NCBI GenBank assembly: GCA_013205145.1
Contig: JABMMV010000047.1
Coordinates: forward strand, 1-49,009
Length of the DNA stretch: 49,009 nucleotides
DNA from: a bacterium
GTDB taxonomy: Bacteria; Actinomycetota; Acidimicrobiia; Acidimicrobiales; Ilumatobacteraceae
Direction: 5' to 3'
A program made the translations under genes and the position numbers. Each line of letters begins with the position of its first letter. The stretch's first letter is position 1. This document shows positions 42,034-49,009 of the stretch, piece after piece. The notes below the pieces were generated by a model. That model was not told the origin of the DNA. It worked only from the letters and a program-made list of their open reading frames with translations, and did not search any database.

Positions 42034-43857
42034 ATGACCCCACGTAGAAATATTGCCCTTGTAGCCCACGTAGACCATGGAAAGACCACGCTTGTCGACG
42101 CCTTGTTGCGCACCACTGGTACGTTCGCTGCCCACCAGGCCTTAGTCGAGCGAGTAATGGACTCCGACGACCAAGAACGCGAACGTGGAATCACTATTTT
42201 GGCCAAAGCCGCTCAAATCACCTACAAGGGAACTTGTATCAACTTGGTTGACACCCCTGGTCACGCTGACTTCGGAGGGGAAGTAGAGCGAGCACTGCAC
42301 ATTGTTGACGGCATCGTTTTGCTCGTTGATGCTGCTGAAGGCCCGTTGCCACAAACTCGTTATGTGTTGTCGAAGGCCATGGAAGCCAATCTTCCTGCCA
42401 TTGTTGTGTTGAATAAAGTTGACCGTCACGACGCCCGCACCCAAGAAGTGCTCGAAGAAGTAGAGCAACTTTTTCTCGATCTCGCGAAGACTGATGTACA
42501 ACTTGCTTTCCAGGTCATCAGTGCCGTGGCGCGCGAAGGTAGGGCAATGGTTGGCGTAGGAATGCCAGCGCCAGATGCCGACCTGTCTGCGTTGCTCGAT
42601 TGCATGTTGACACTTCCAGCACCATCAAGCGACCCAAATGCCATCTTGCAAGCACTGGTAACCAACCTAGATGCTTCTGAGTATCTGGGTCGCCTCGCTA
42701 TTGGTCGCGTATATTCCGGAACCTTGAAAAAGGGTGAGACCGTGGCAGTAATGCAAAAGCCAAACGAAGACGGTACAGAGAACGTCATTCGTCGTCGCCT
42801 CACGCAGCTTTATGCGTTCGACGGCATTGGTCGTCGTGAAGTCGACTCCGTTGAAGCTGGTGACCTCTTTGTTGTTTCTGGAATTCCAGAAGTTCAAGTG
42901 GGCGACACTCTGTGCACTATCGACCAACAAGTTCCATTGGCACGACTTAGCGTTGATGAACCAGTTATTCGCATGAGTTTTGGAGTGAACACTTCACCCT
43001 TGGCGGGACGCGAGGGTAAATACCTCACCAGTCGTCACCTCAAGGAACGTCTCGATCGTGAAGTATTAGGAAACGTGTCAATTCGTTTGACCGACACCGA
43101 TTCTCCAGAAATTATTGAAGTTGCTGGCCGTGGAGAATTGCAACTGTCTGTGCTTATCGAAAATATGCGACGAGAGGGTTACGAGCTTCAAGTGAGTCGC
43201 CCTCAAGTGGTCACGCGAGAGATAGACGGCAAACGTCAAGAGCCACTCGAAAATGGCGCATGCGACGTGCCTGACGAGCATGTGGGTGTTGTCACCCAAA
43301 CCTTGGCACCACGTAAAGGCAGGGTAACCGATATTCGCCCCGGCGATATTGGCCGCACAATCATCAGCTTCGAGGCTCCTTCACGAGGTCTCATCGGTTT
43401 TCGTTCCGAGCTCATTACCCAAACACGTGGAACTGCTCTCATTCATATGAACCATGCAGGCTGGACTCCATGGGTAGGAGAACTTCCACAACGTCTTGGT
43501 GGCGCCATGATTGGTGACCGCATGGGCAAAGTAACTGCGTATGCACTCGACAACCTGCAGGCGCGCGGCACTCTATTTGTAGAACCCGGTACTGAAATCT
43601 ACGAAGGCATGGTTGTCGGAGAAAATGCACGCAACGACGAAATGGTTGTTAATGCTGTGCGCGAAAAGGAAAAGAATAACATTCGCACACATAGTCATGA
43701 CGACGGCGTGAAGCTTGCTGCTCCTACTTTGCATAGTTTGGAAACAGCAATCGAGTGGATCGCCGACGATGAATTGGTGGAAGTCACTCCAAAGTCAATT
43801 CGCATCCGCAAACGCGGTTTATCAATCGAAGAACGCAAGCGCGCATTTAAGAAATAG
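42034..43857 (+). CDS. typA: Translational GTPase TypA/BipA
   Basis: MTPRRNIALVAHVDHGKTTLVDALL, DTPGHADFGGEVER, NKVD. Roughly 607 aa. ATG 42034 is preferred to the TTG at 42022. Confidence 0.93.
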   Translation: MTPRRNIALVAHVDHGKTTLVDALLRTTGTFAAHQALVERVMDSDDQERERGITILAKAAQITYKGTCINLVDTPGHADFGGEVERALHIVDGIVLLVDAAEGPLPQTRYVLSKAMEANLPAIVVLNKVDRHDARTQEVLEEVEQLFLDLAKTDVQLAFQVISAVAREGRAMVGVGMPAPDADLSALLDCMLTLPAPSSDPNAILQALVTNLDASEYLGRLAIGRVYSGTLKKGETVAVMQKPNEDGTENVIRRRLTQLYAFDGIGRREVDSVEAGDLFVVSGIPEVQVGDTLCTIDQQVPLARLSVDEPVIRMSFGVNTSPLAGREGKYLTSRHLKERLDREVLGNVSIRLTDTDSPEIIEVAGRGELQLSVLIENMRREGYELQVSRPQVVTREIDGKRQEPLENGACDVPDEHVGVVTQTLAPRKGRVTDIRPGDIGRTIISFEAPSRGLIGFRSELITQTRGTALIHMNHAGWTPWVGELPQRLGGAMIGDRMGKVTAYALDNLQARGTLFVEPGTEIYEGMVVGENARNDEMVVNAVREKEKNNIRTHSHDDGVKLAAPTLHSLETAIEWIADDELVEVTPKSIRIRKRGLSIEERKRAFKK

Positions 43858-43860
43858 TTA

Positions 43861-44598
43861 CTATTTTTTAGGCCGTTGAGTTAATACAACTGGGTGACCA
43901 ACAGCGGTTGATTTGCGCTTGTCTAATTCAATCGCGAGAAGTGCATACACCTTGTCGCCGACCATCTCGGAAATTTCGTCTTTGAGGTACTTGTAAACGG
44001 GCTTGTCGCCAACAAAGGCGAGTCGATCATCGTTACACCACCAATGGAATTCGTGTCCGCCTTCGCCCCAGTCGCGGCGCTTCCATTCGCGAATAAAAGT
44101 AACTACGTGTCCATCTTCGTCTGTTGTGTCTTGTGAACGCATCGGCACTTGCCAACATACGTCTGGCTTCCAGTCCATCGGGCGTTCGCCAGCTTCAGTG
44201 GCACCTATGTGTAAGGCACAACCAACGCCTCCTTCAAAACCCGGACGGTTGAGAAAGATGCAGGCACCGTCGACGAGCTTTGTGGTGACCGTACCGCTCT
44301 TGTCGGTTTTGCTCCAACCCTTCTCATCGGCTTTTGCTTTGAACTGCCAGTTCTTAGCAGTGAGTCGTTTTGAAGATTTTTTCACTGTCTTCACATCGTC
44401 TGCATCAATGAAGTGAGCACCAAAACTGCAGCAACCTTGCATCAGTTCGGGTGAGGCTTCTTCAAGTATTCCTTGGCAACCTTGCCCATATATGCACATC
44501 CAGTTGGAGAGCATGTACGACACGTCGAACATGTAAGTGCGCTCTTCTTCTGGGTCTTCGAAACTTACCCATTCATGGAGATCTTCAGGTATAGACAC
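43861..44598 (-). CDS. Conserved Cys-rich hypothetical protein (possible YkgJ/UPF0153-like metal-binding fold)
   Basis: 245 aa with 8 Cys: CIYGQGC...GCC...GACIFLN...GCALH...RP...KPDVCWQVP...WWC. GTG start. Family unverified. Confidence 0.5.
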   Translation of the reverse strand: MSIPEDLHEWVSFEDPEEERTYMFDVSYMLSNWMCIYGQGCQGILEEASPELMQGCCSFGAHFIDADDVKTVKKSSKRLTAKNWQFKAKADEKGWSKTDKSGTVTTKLVDGACIFLNRPGFEGGVGCALHIGATEAGERPMDWKPDVCWQVPMRSQDTTDEDGHVVTFIREWKRRDWGEGGHEFHWWCNDDRLAFVGDKPVYKYLKDEISEMVGDKVYALLAIELDKRKSTAVGHPVVLTQRPKK

Positions 44599-44668
44599 AG
44601 GTAGAGATGTTACAGATAAAACGTCGAAACTAACGAATTACATCAAGAATTTTGGGCTGACCTGTGAG

Positions 44669-44674
44669 TACTCT
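44669..44674 (+). promoter_or_regulatory. -10 box TACTCT, 6 nt before ATG 44681
   Basis: TANNNT with a 6-nt spacer (agagaa). No SD. Confidence 0.5.
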
Positions 44675-44680
44675 AGAGAA

Positions 44681-46054
44681 ATGTCAGGTGTTGTTCACAC
44701 AAGCACTGCGGAGCTCTTTCTCGTAGGTCAAGATGCGTCAAACATGATGGGGAACCCTGCTGGCGTGTGTTATCCAACCTCTACGGCTGAGGTGCAAGAG
44801 GCCGTGCGTTGGGCAAGATCAAAAGGCATGGCCTTCATTGCCCGTGGTGCGGGCACTGGTTTGGCAGGCGGAGCCATACCAACAGCCGGATCATTGGTCA
44901 TATGCCTGACGAAAATGAACAATATTCGTAGCGTCGACGTACACCGACGTGCGGCATGGGTTGAACCTGGGGTGTTGAACGCCGACTTGTCTCGTCACAC
45001 GTCACGCCATGGCTTGCACTTTGCTCCTGACCCCTCAAGCCAGCAAAGTTGCACCATCGGTGGGAATGTTGCAAACAACTCTGGTGGACCTCATTGTCTG
45101 TCAGAGGGTGTCACCTCTGCCCATATTCTTGCGCTCGAAGTAGTGCTGCCTTCAGGAGAAGTATGCATTCTCGATGCCGAGAATTCACTATTTGACCTGC
45201 GCGGTGCCTTTATTGGTAGTGAAGGGATGTTTGGCATTGCAACTGCTATTGAGGTGCGCCTTGTGCAAAACCCGCCACACGTTTCGACAATGGTTGTTGG
45301 TTTTGCCTCGGTGCACGAGGGCGCCATGGCGGTCAGTGCCATTATTGCTTCCGGCATCATTCCCAGTGCATTAGAAATGATGGATGCCCCCATTACAAGG
45401 GCCGTTGAAGAGTATGTGCATGCAGGTTTCCCCCTCGACGCTGCCGCCATGCTTATTGTGGAAATTGATGGTCTTGAGCATTCGGTGTCAGACGGCACTC
45501 GACAAGTGAAAGACATTGTTTTACGTTTCGGAGCCACAAGTTTTAAGGTCGCGCAGAGCGCTGCAGAACGAGCCCTTATATGGAAAGGTCGCAAAACAGC
45601 GTTTGGGGCAATTGCGCGTATTCAACCCAACTACTATCTACACGACACGGTGGTGCCGCGAAAGAAATTAGCAGAAGTCCTATCACAAGTATCTGCAATT
45701 GCGACTGAAGAACAACTACAAGTGATGAACGTATTTCATGCTGGTGATGGCAACTTGCACCCCATTTTGATGTTCGATAAGAGGGTGGAAGGCGTGATGG
45801 ACCGCGTTCATCGTGCCGGATCAGAAATTGTTCGGGTCTCTTTAGAAGCTGGCGGAGTGTTATCGGGTGAGCACGGTATCGGTCTTGAGAAACGAGACTT
45901 CATGAGATGGATGTTTACCGAGAACGACCTTTTGTTTCAACAAAAATTGCGAGCTGCTTTTGACCCAGAAGGCATCTCGAACCCCCATAAGGTTTTGCCG
46001 CGGGGTTCAGGCTGCGCAGATGCATCATCCATTCCTCCTGGAAGTTGGATGTGA
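44681..46054 (+). CDS. glcD: FAD-linked oxidase, glycolate oxidase subunit GlcD-like (or D-lactate dehydrogenase)
   Basis: Start at MSGVVHT. FAD_binding_4 (ARGAGTGLAGGA, GGNVANNSGG) and FAD-oxidase C-domain (NVFHAGDGNLHP, GEHGIGLEK). Confidence 0.85.
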   Translation: MSGVVHTSTAELFLVGQDASNMMGNPAGVCYPTSTAEVQEAVRWARSKGMAFIARGAGTGLAGGAIPTAGSLVICLTKMNNIRSVDVHRRAAWVEPGVLNADLSRHTSRHGLHFAPDPSSQQSCTIGGNVANNSGGPHCLSEGVTSAHILALEVVLPSGEVCILDAENSLFDLRGAFIGSEGMFGIATAIEVRLVQNPPHVSTMVVGFASVHEGAMAVSAIIASGIIPSALEMMDAPITRAVEEYVHAGFPLDAAAMLIVEIDGLEHSVSDGTRQVKDIVLRFGATSFKVAQSAAERALIWKGRKTAFGAIARIQPNYYLHDTVVPRKKLAEVLSQVSAIATEEQLQVMNVFHAGDGNLHPILMFDKRVEGVMDRVHRAGSEIVRVSLEAGGVLSGEHGIGLEKRDFMRWMFTENDLLFQQKLRAAFDPEGISNPHKVLPRGSGCADASSIPPGSWM

Positions 46055-46055
46055 C

Positions 46056-46883
46056 ATGTTGAGGCAACCAGTGAATTTAGGCAGCGTTGTCGATGATCTG
46101 CAGTATCAGATGGCCAATAGCGATGTTGTAAATATTGTTGGTACCAACAGTACGGGCGTTGCAAGCAGTAGCCCCGATGCATGCGCACTGAAGGCGCCCT
46201 CGGGAATCATTTCTTACGAACCAGATGAGTTGATGGTGTCTATTTTCGCTGGTACCTCAATGAGCGAAATTAACTTTGAGTTGCAACGAGTGCGGCAACG
46301 TATTGTTATTCCTGAATGGGGGACCATTGGAGGAGCTATCGCTACTTGCCGTAACGGACTACGGGAATCCCATCATCAGACACTTCCCAATAATGTATTG
46401 CAGTGCACCGTCGTTGCAGCCGATGGAAGTCTGTTCCAAGGCGGAGGACAAGTGGTGAAAAATGTGTCAGGCTTCGACCTTGTGAAACTACTGGTGGGCA
46501 GCTGGGGGCTTTTGGGTTTGATAGTTGAGGTAACGATGCGCACAGAGCCAATTCCTCAAGCATCACAATGGGTGCAGTCGCCAGAACCTGTTGCTTCAGA
46601 GCAAATCAGTAATTTGTACAGACCCGCTGTTGTCACGCGTGTCGATGGTGTGATGTATGTGCTGTTAGAAGGACACAAACTAGATGTCGAGCAAGAGATT
46701 TCGCACCTGCATGGCTTTGCATTGTGCGAGAGCCCAAATTTTATTCACTCCACTTCTCTAACGAATTTACATCGGCTGTCACAAGACCTACCTCACTCCA
46801 TTGAGTGGGATATACGTAAGCAATTCGACCCGACCAATAAGTTGAACAGGCACATTGCCATACAGAGGAACCTTTTTACATGA
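46056..46883 (+). CDS. glcE: Glycolate oxidase FAD-binding subunit GlcE-like (short, divergent)
   Basis: 275 aa. KNVSGFDLVKLLVGSWGLLGLIVEVTMR is typical of GlcE/FAD_binding_4. ATG lies 1 nt after the glcD stop. Confidence 0.65.
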   Translation: MLRQPVNLGSVVDDLQYQMANSDVVNIVGTNSTGVASSSPDACALKAPSGIISYEPDELMVSIFAGTSMSEINFELQRVRQRIVIPEWGTIGGAIATCRNGLRESHHQTLPNNVLQCTVVAADGSLFQGGGQVVKNVSGFDLVKLLVGSWGLLGLIVEVTMRTEPIPQASQWVQSPEPVASEQISNLYRPAVVTRVDGVMYVLLEGHKLDVEQEISHLHGFALCESPNFIHSTSLTNLHRLSQDLPHSIEWDIRKQFDPTNKLNRHIAIQRNLFT

Positions 46884-48076
46884 ACAAAACTCAGGGAATC
46901 TTTCAGCTGGTCAATGAAGAAGACCTCAATACCTGTGTTAATTGTGGACTATGTTTGCCGCATTGTCCTACATACAGAGTTACTGGAGAAGATATCTACA
47001 GTCCGCGAGGACGCATCAACCTCATTCGTTCAGTGAAGCACGGAGATCTTGAACTAACGAAAGAAATTGTTCAGGCTTTAGACACGTGTATTCAATGCAT
47101 GGGATGCGAGCCCGCTTGCCCATCTGGTGTGCAGTACCACTCAATTATTTCACCAGTTAAAGCCGAAATGCATTCTGGATGGCGATGGCGTGATGCTCCT
47201 TTGCGTTGTGGGCTGTATGTCGTGACCCACATGCGTTGCTTGCGCCTGTTCACCCGAGTGATATCCATCGCACAGAAACTTAAAATTGTTCCAAAACAAA
47301 TATCTGTGCCAAAAATAGATTTTCCCAGACCACGGTTTAATAAGAAACCACAAGTTCGCTCTGGGAAAGAAGTTCTGCTGTTCACAGGATGCGTTATGGA
47401 CGCTTGGTATCGAAATATTCACTTAGATACCATCACGTTGCTGGAAGCCCTTGGATATTCAGTAAAGATCTCCGGAGACGAATATGGCTGCTGTGGAGCG
47501 CTGCACGAACACGCAGGTTTCAATAAGTCTGCGTTAAAAATGCAACGTAAAATGCAACAATCTGAAAGTGTTTCTACAATCGTAGTGAACTCAGCTGGTT
47601 GTTCTGCATCGTTAAAAAATGCCTTGGCAGGAAGTCGCGTCGTTTTAGATATCAATGAACTGCTGTATCGCCACATTACAGATTTACAACACTTACTCGT
47701 TCGGCGAAACGAAACCGTTCTCATCCAAGAACCATGTCATTTGCGCCATGTGCAAGGCATATCTAAAGAGGTGAAGGAATTATTGGAAATCAGTTTTACT
47801 GTTACTCAAATGGAAGACGACGGCCTGTGCTGCGGAGCTGGAGGCTCATTTAGTTTTAGCCAACCGGCAATGGCTACTGCGGTACGTGGAAGAAAACTTG
47901 ACGAAGTAAACAGAGTAATAATCTCCGTTGCGCCAGAGACCATCAGTTTCATAGCTTCTGCGAATCCGGGTTGTTTATCTTTTCTAGCGGGAGGGAAAAT
48001 TGATGTAGCGATTGTGCACCCAGTGACTCTTTTGGCTCAGTCATTAAGTTCCCTCAACGCAATAGGAGTTATTTGA
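46880..48076 (+). CDS. glcF: Glycolate oxidase iron-sulfur subunit GlcF-like
   Basis: 398 aa. Two 4Fe-4S motifs (CVNCGLCLPHCP, CIQCMGCEPACP) and two CCG-domain signatures (GCV...CCG, PCH...LCCGAGG). ATGA overlap with glcE. Confidence 0.85.
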   Translation: MNKTQGIFQLVNEEDLNTCVNCGLCLPHCPTYRVTGEDIYSPRGRINLIRSVKHGDLELTKEIVQALDTCIQCMGCEPACPSGVQYHSIISPVKAEMHSGWRWRDAPLRCGLYVVTHMRCLRLFTRVISIAQKLKIVPKQISVPKIDFPRPRFNKKPQVRSGKEVLLFTGCVMDAWYRNIHLDTITLLEALGYSVKISGDEYGCCGALHEHAGFNKSALKMQRKMQQSESVSTIVVNSAGCSASLKNALAGSRVVLDINELLYRHITDLQHLLVRRNETVLIQEPCHLRHVQGISKEVKELLEISFTVTQMEDDGLCCGAGGSFSFSQPAMATAVRGRKLDEVNRVIISVAPETISFIASANPGCLSFLAGGKIDVAIVHPVTLLAQSLSSLNAIGVI

Positions 48077-48279
48077 TGAGCAATTTTCGTGAACAATGTG
48101 ACGAAGTAGTTTCTCAACTAGAGGCGATGACGGAACATTTGAGCGATCTGTCGCAATCGCTTCTGCTCGACGCACTAGACGGGAAGACAGATGCAATTGG
48201 TTTTGAAAAACGCGTTCAAAAAGCGAGAGGGCATCTAGCTAAAACTATTCGCTTACTTCAGGACGAAATAATAGGGTAG
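48076..48279 (+). CDS. Small helical hypothetical protein coupled to glcF
   Basis: 67 aa. AGGAG 7 nt upstream of ATG 48076, which overlaps the glcF stop (TGATG). The sequence is amphipathic and helical. No family recognised. Confidence 0.5.
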   Translation: MSNFREQCDEVVSQLEAMTEHLSDLSQSLLLDALDGKTDAIGFEKRVQKARGHLAKTIRLLQDEIIG

Positions 48280-49009
48280 AAGCTATTGAGGCGATTAATT
48301 AACCGTCGCAGATCTCCGTATTCAACCTTTGTAAAAGAGAACTTTATTCGAGGTAGTTCTGGGTGGTCATGATCTCTGTGTTCAATTTTATGAGTCTCAG
48401 CACGTTCTATTGAACCCTCAGTACATAAGTAGTCGAACTCTTGGTTAACGATTTCTAGTTGCTCATCTGTAATAAGTTTTTGAAGACGTATGACGAGCGA
48501 TTTCCCTATATAACGCAACGAGTGGTAATTGGTGTAGAAACTTCTAATTTCACGAACTGCCTCATGGATGTTGTTCGTAATGAAAAACAATGCCATGTCT
48601 GCTCCCGATACCAGTCCTCTCGATACCAGTTCGTTTTGTATGAAAGTGTTTACTTGTTCCCAATACGTATCGCCTGGTGCATCAAGAAAAACAATAGGCA
48701 CAGGCATGCTCTTACCAGTTTGCACAAGAGTGAGTAATTCAAATGTTTCATCAAGCGTGCCGAATCCGCCCGGAAGGCATATGAATGCGTGAGATTCCTT
48801 AACCAACATGAGTTTGCGCGTGAAAAAATAGCGCATGCTGACATGTTTTGAGTCATTTGCAATGAGGGCATTTGCTTCATTTTCCATTGGTAGCCGAATG
48901 GACACACCGATGCTCTTATCGGCGCCAGCTCCTTTCATTCCAGCTTCCATAATTCCTGGGCCTGCGCCCGTTACGACCATCCAGTCATGCCGGGCCAGTT
49001 CAGCTGCCA
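48258..49009 (-). CDS. LOG / TIGR00730-family nucleotide 5'-monophosphate nucleosidase-like protein with C-terminal extension (5' end outside window)
   Basis: The frame stays open upstream of the track Met to the window edge (AAELARHDWMVVTGAGPGIMEAG). PGGFGTLDETFE motif. About 100 extra C-terminal residues beyond a minimal LOG domain. Confidence 0.8.
   Translation of the reverse strand, partial: AAELARHDWMVVTGAGPGIMEAGMKGAGADKSIGVSIRLPMENEANALIANDSKHVSMRYFFTRKLMLVKESHAFICLPGGFGTLDETFELLTLVQTGKSMPVPIVFLDAPGDTYWEQVNTFIQNELVSRGLVSGADMALFFITNNIHEAVREIRSFYTNYHSLRYIGKSLVIRLQKLITDEQLEIVNQEFDYLCTEGSIERAETHKIEHRDHDHPELPRIKFSFTKVEYGDLRRLINRLNSFYPIISS

Noticed and set aside
43852-43866. Palindrome AAATAGT-T-ACTATTT spanning both stop codons of typA and the convergent gene, considered as a bidirectional terminator.
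   Set aside because: The arms are AT-only with a 1-nt centre, so the effective stem is about 5 bp. This is too weak for an intrinsic terminator and is most simply a by-product of two abutting TAG stops.
1-49009. Search for tRNA, rRNA, tmRNA, IS elements, prophage or defence-system genes.
   Set aside because: All intergenic gaps are at most 202 nt, and none shows tRNA-like T-arm or anticodon-arm features. No transposase, integrase, nuclease-helicase or other defence-type ORFs were recognised.

Overview
This 49-kb window is almost entirely coding. It holds about 55 protein genes. I found no rRNA, tRNA, CRISPR array, transposase, integrase or recognisable transcription factor.

Lineage markers point to a genome-streamlined actinobacterium. 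They include a mycothiol-type MDMPI/DinB enzyme, GuaB1, DUF3151, CtaA, LLM and PPOX-type oxidoreductases, and TANNNT -10 boxes placed 6 nt before start codons. GC looks mid-to-upper 40s % by eye; I did not compute it.

Most of the window is housekeeping or small-molecule metabolism:
- panBC
- guaB1-cmk-plsC
- tsaC/sua5
- rnd
- typA
- glcDEF
- ctaA
- several SDR, ADH, NTF2 and PPOX enzymes

The most unusual part is positions 1-10358. It is an eight-gene, translationally coupled minus-strand operon that runs off the left edge. In transcription order it encodes:
- an M20 carbamoyl-amidohydrolase
- a D-carbamoylase-type CN-hydrolase
- a FAD-less [2Fe-2S]+Mo-pterin fusion protein (XdhD-like)
- an N-terminally truncated SsnA-like amidohydrolase
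- an LLM (F420/flavin) oxidoreductase
- a three-subunit CoxM/S/L-type molybdenum hydroxylase

I read this as a candidate uncharacterised N-heterocycle (probably purine-type) hydroxylation, ring-opening and decarbamoylation pathway. That reading is inference only.

Other observations:
- At least 13 operon-leading genes have TANNNT exactly 6 nt before the start codon, which suggests leaderless mRNAs.
- Divergent intergenic regions are as short as 16-39 nt.
- Convergent genes abut or overlap by up to 56 nt.
- I found only one canonical intrinsic terminator in 49 kb.
- There is an orphan J-domain protein with a TTG start.
- There are several small or Cys-rich proteins of unknown function.

All calls come from reading the translations and the DNA by eye. 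No database search was run.
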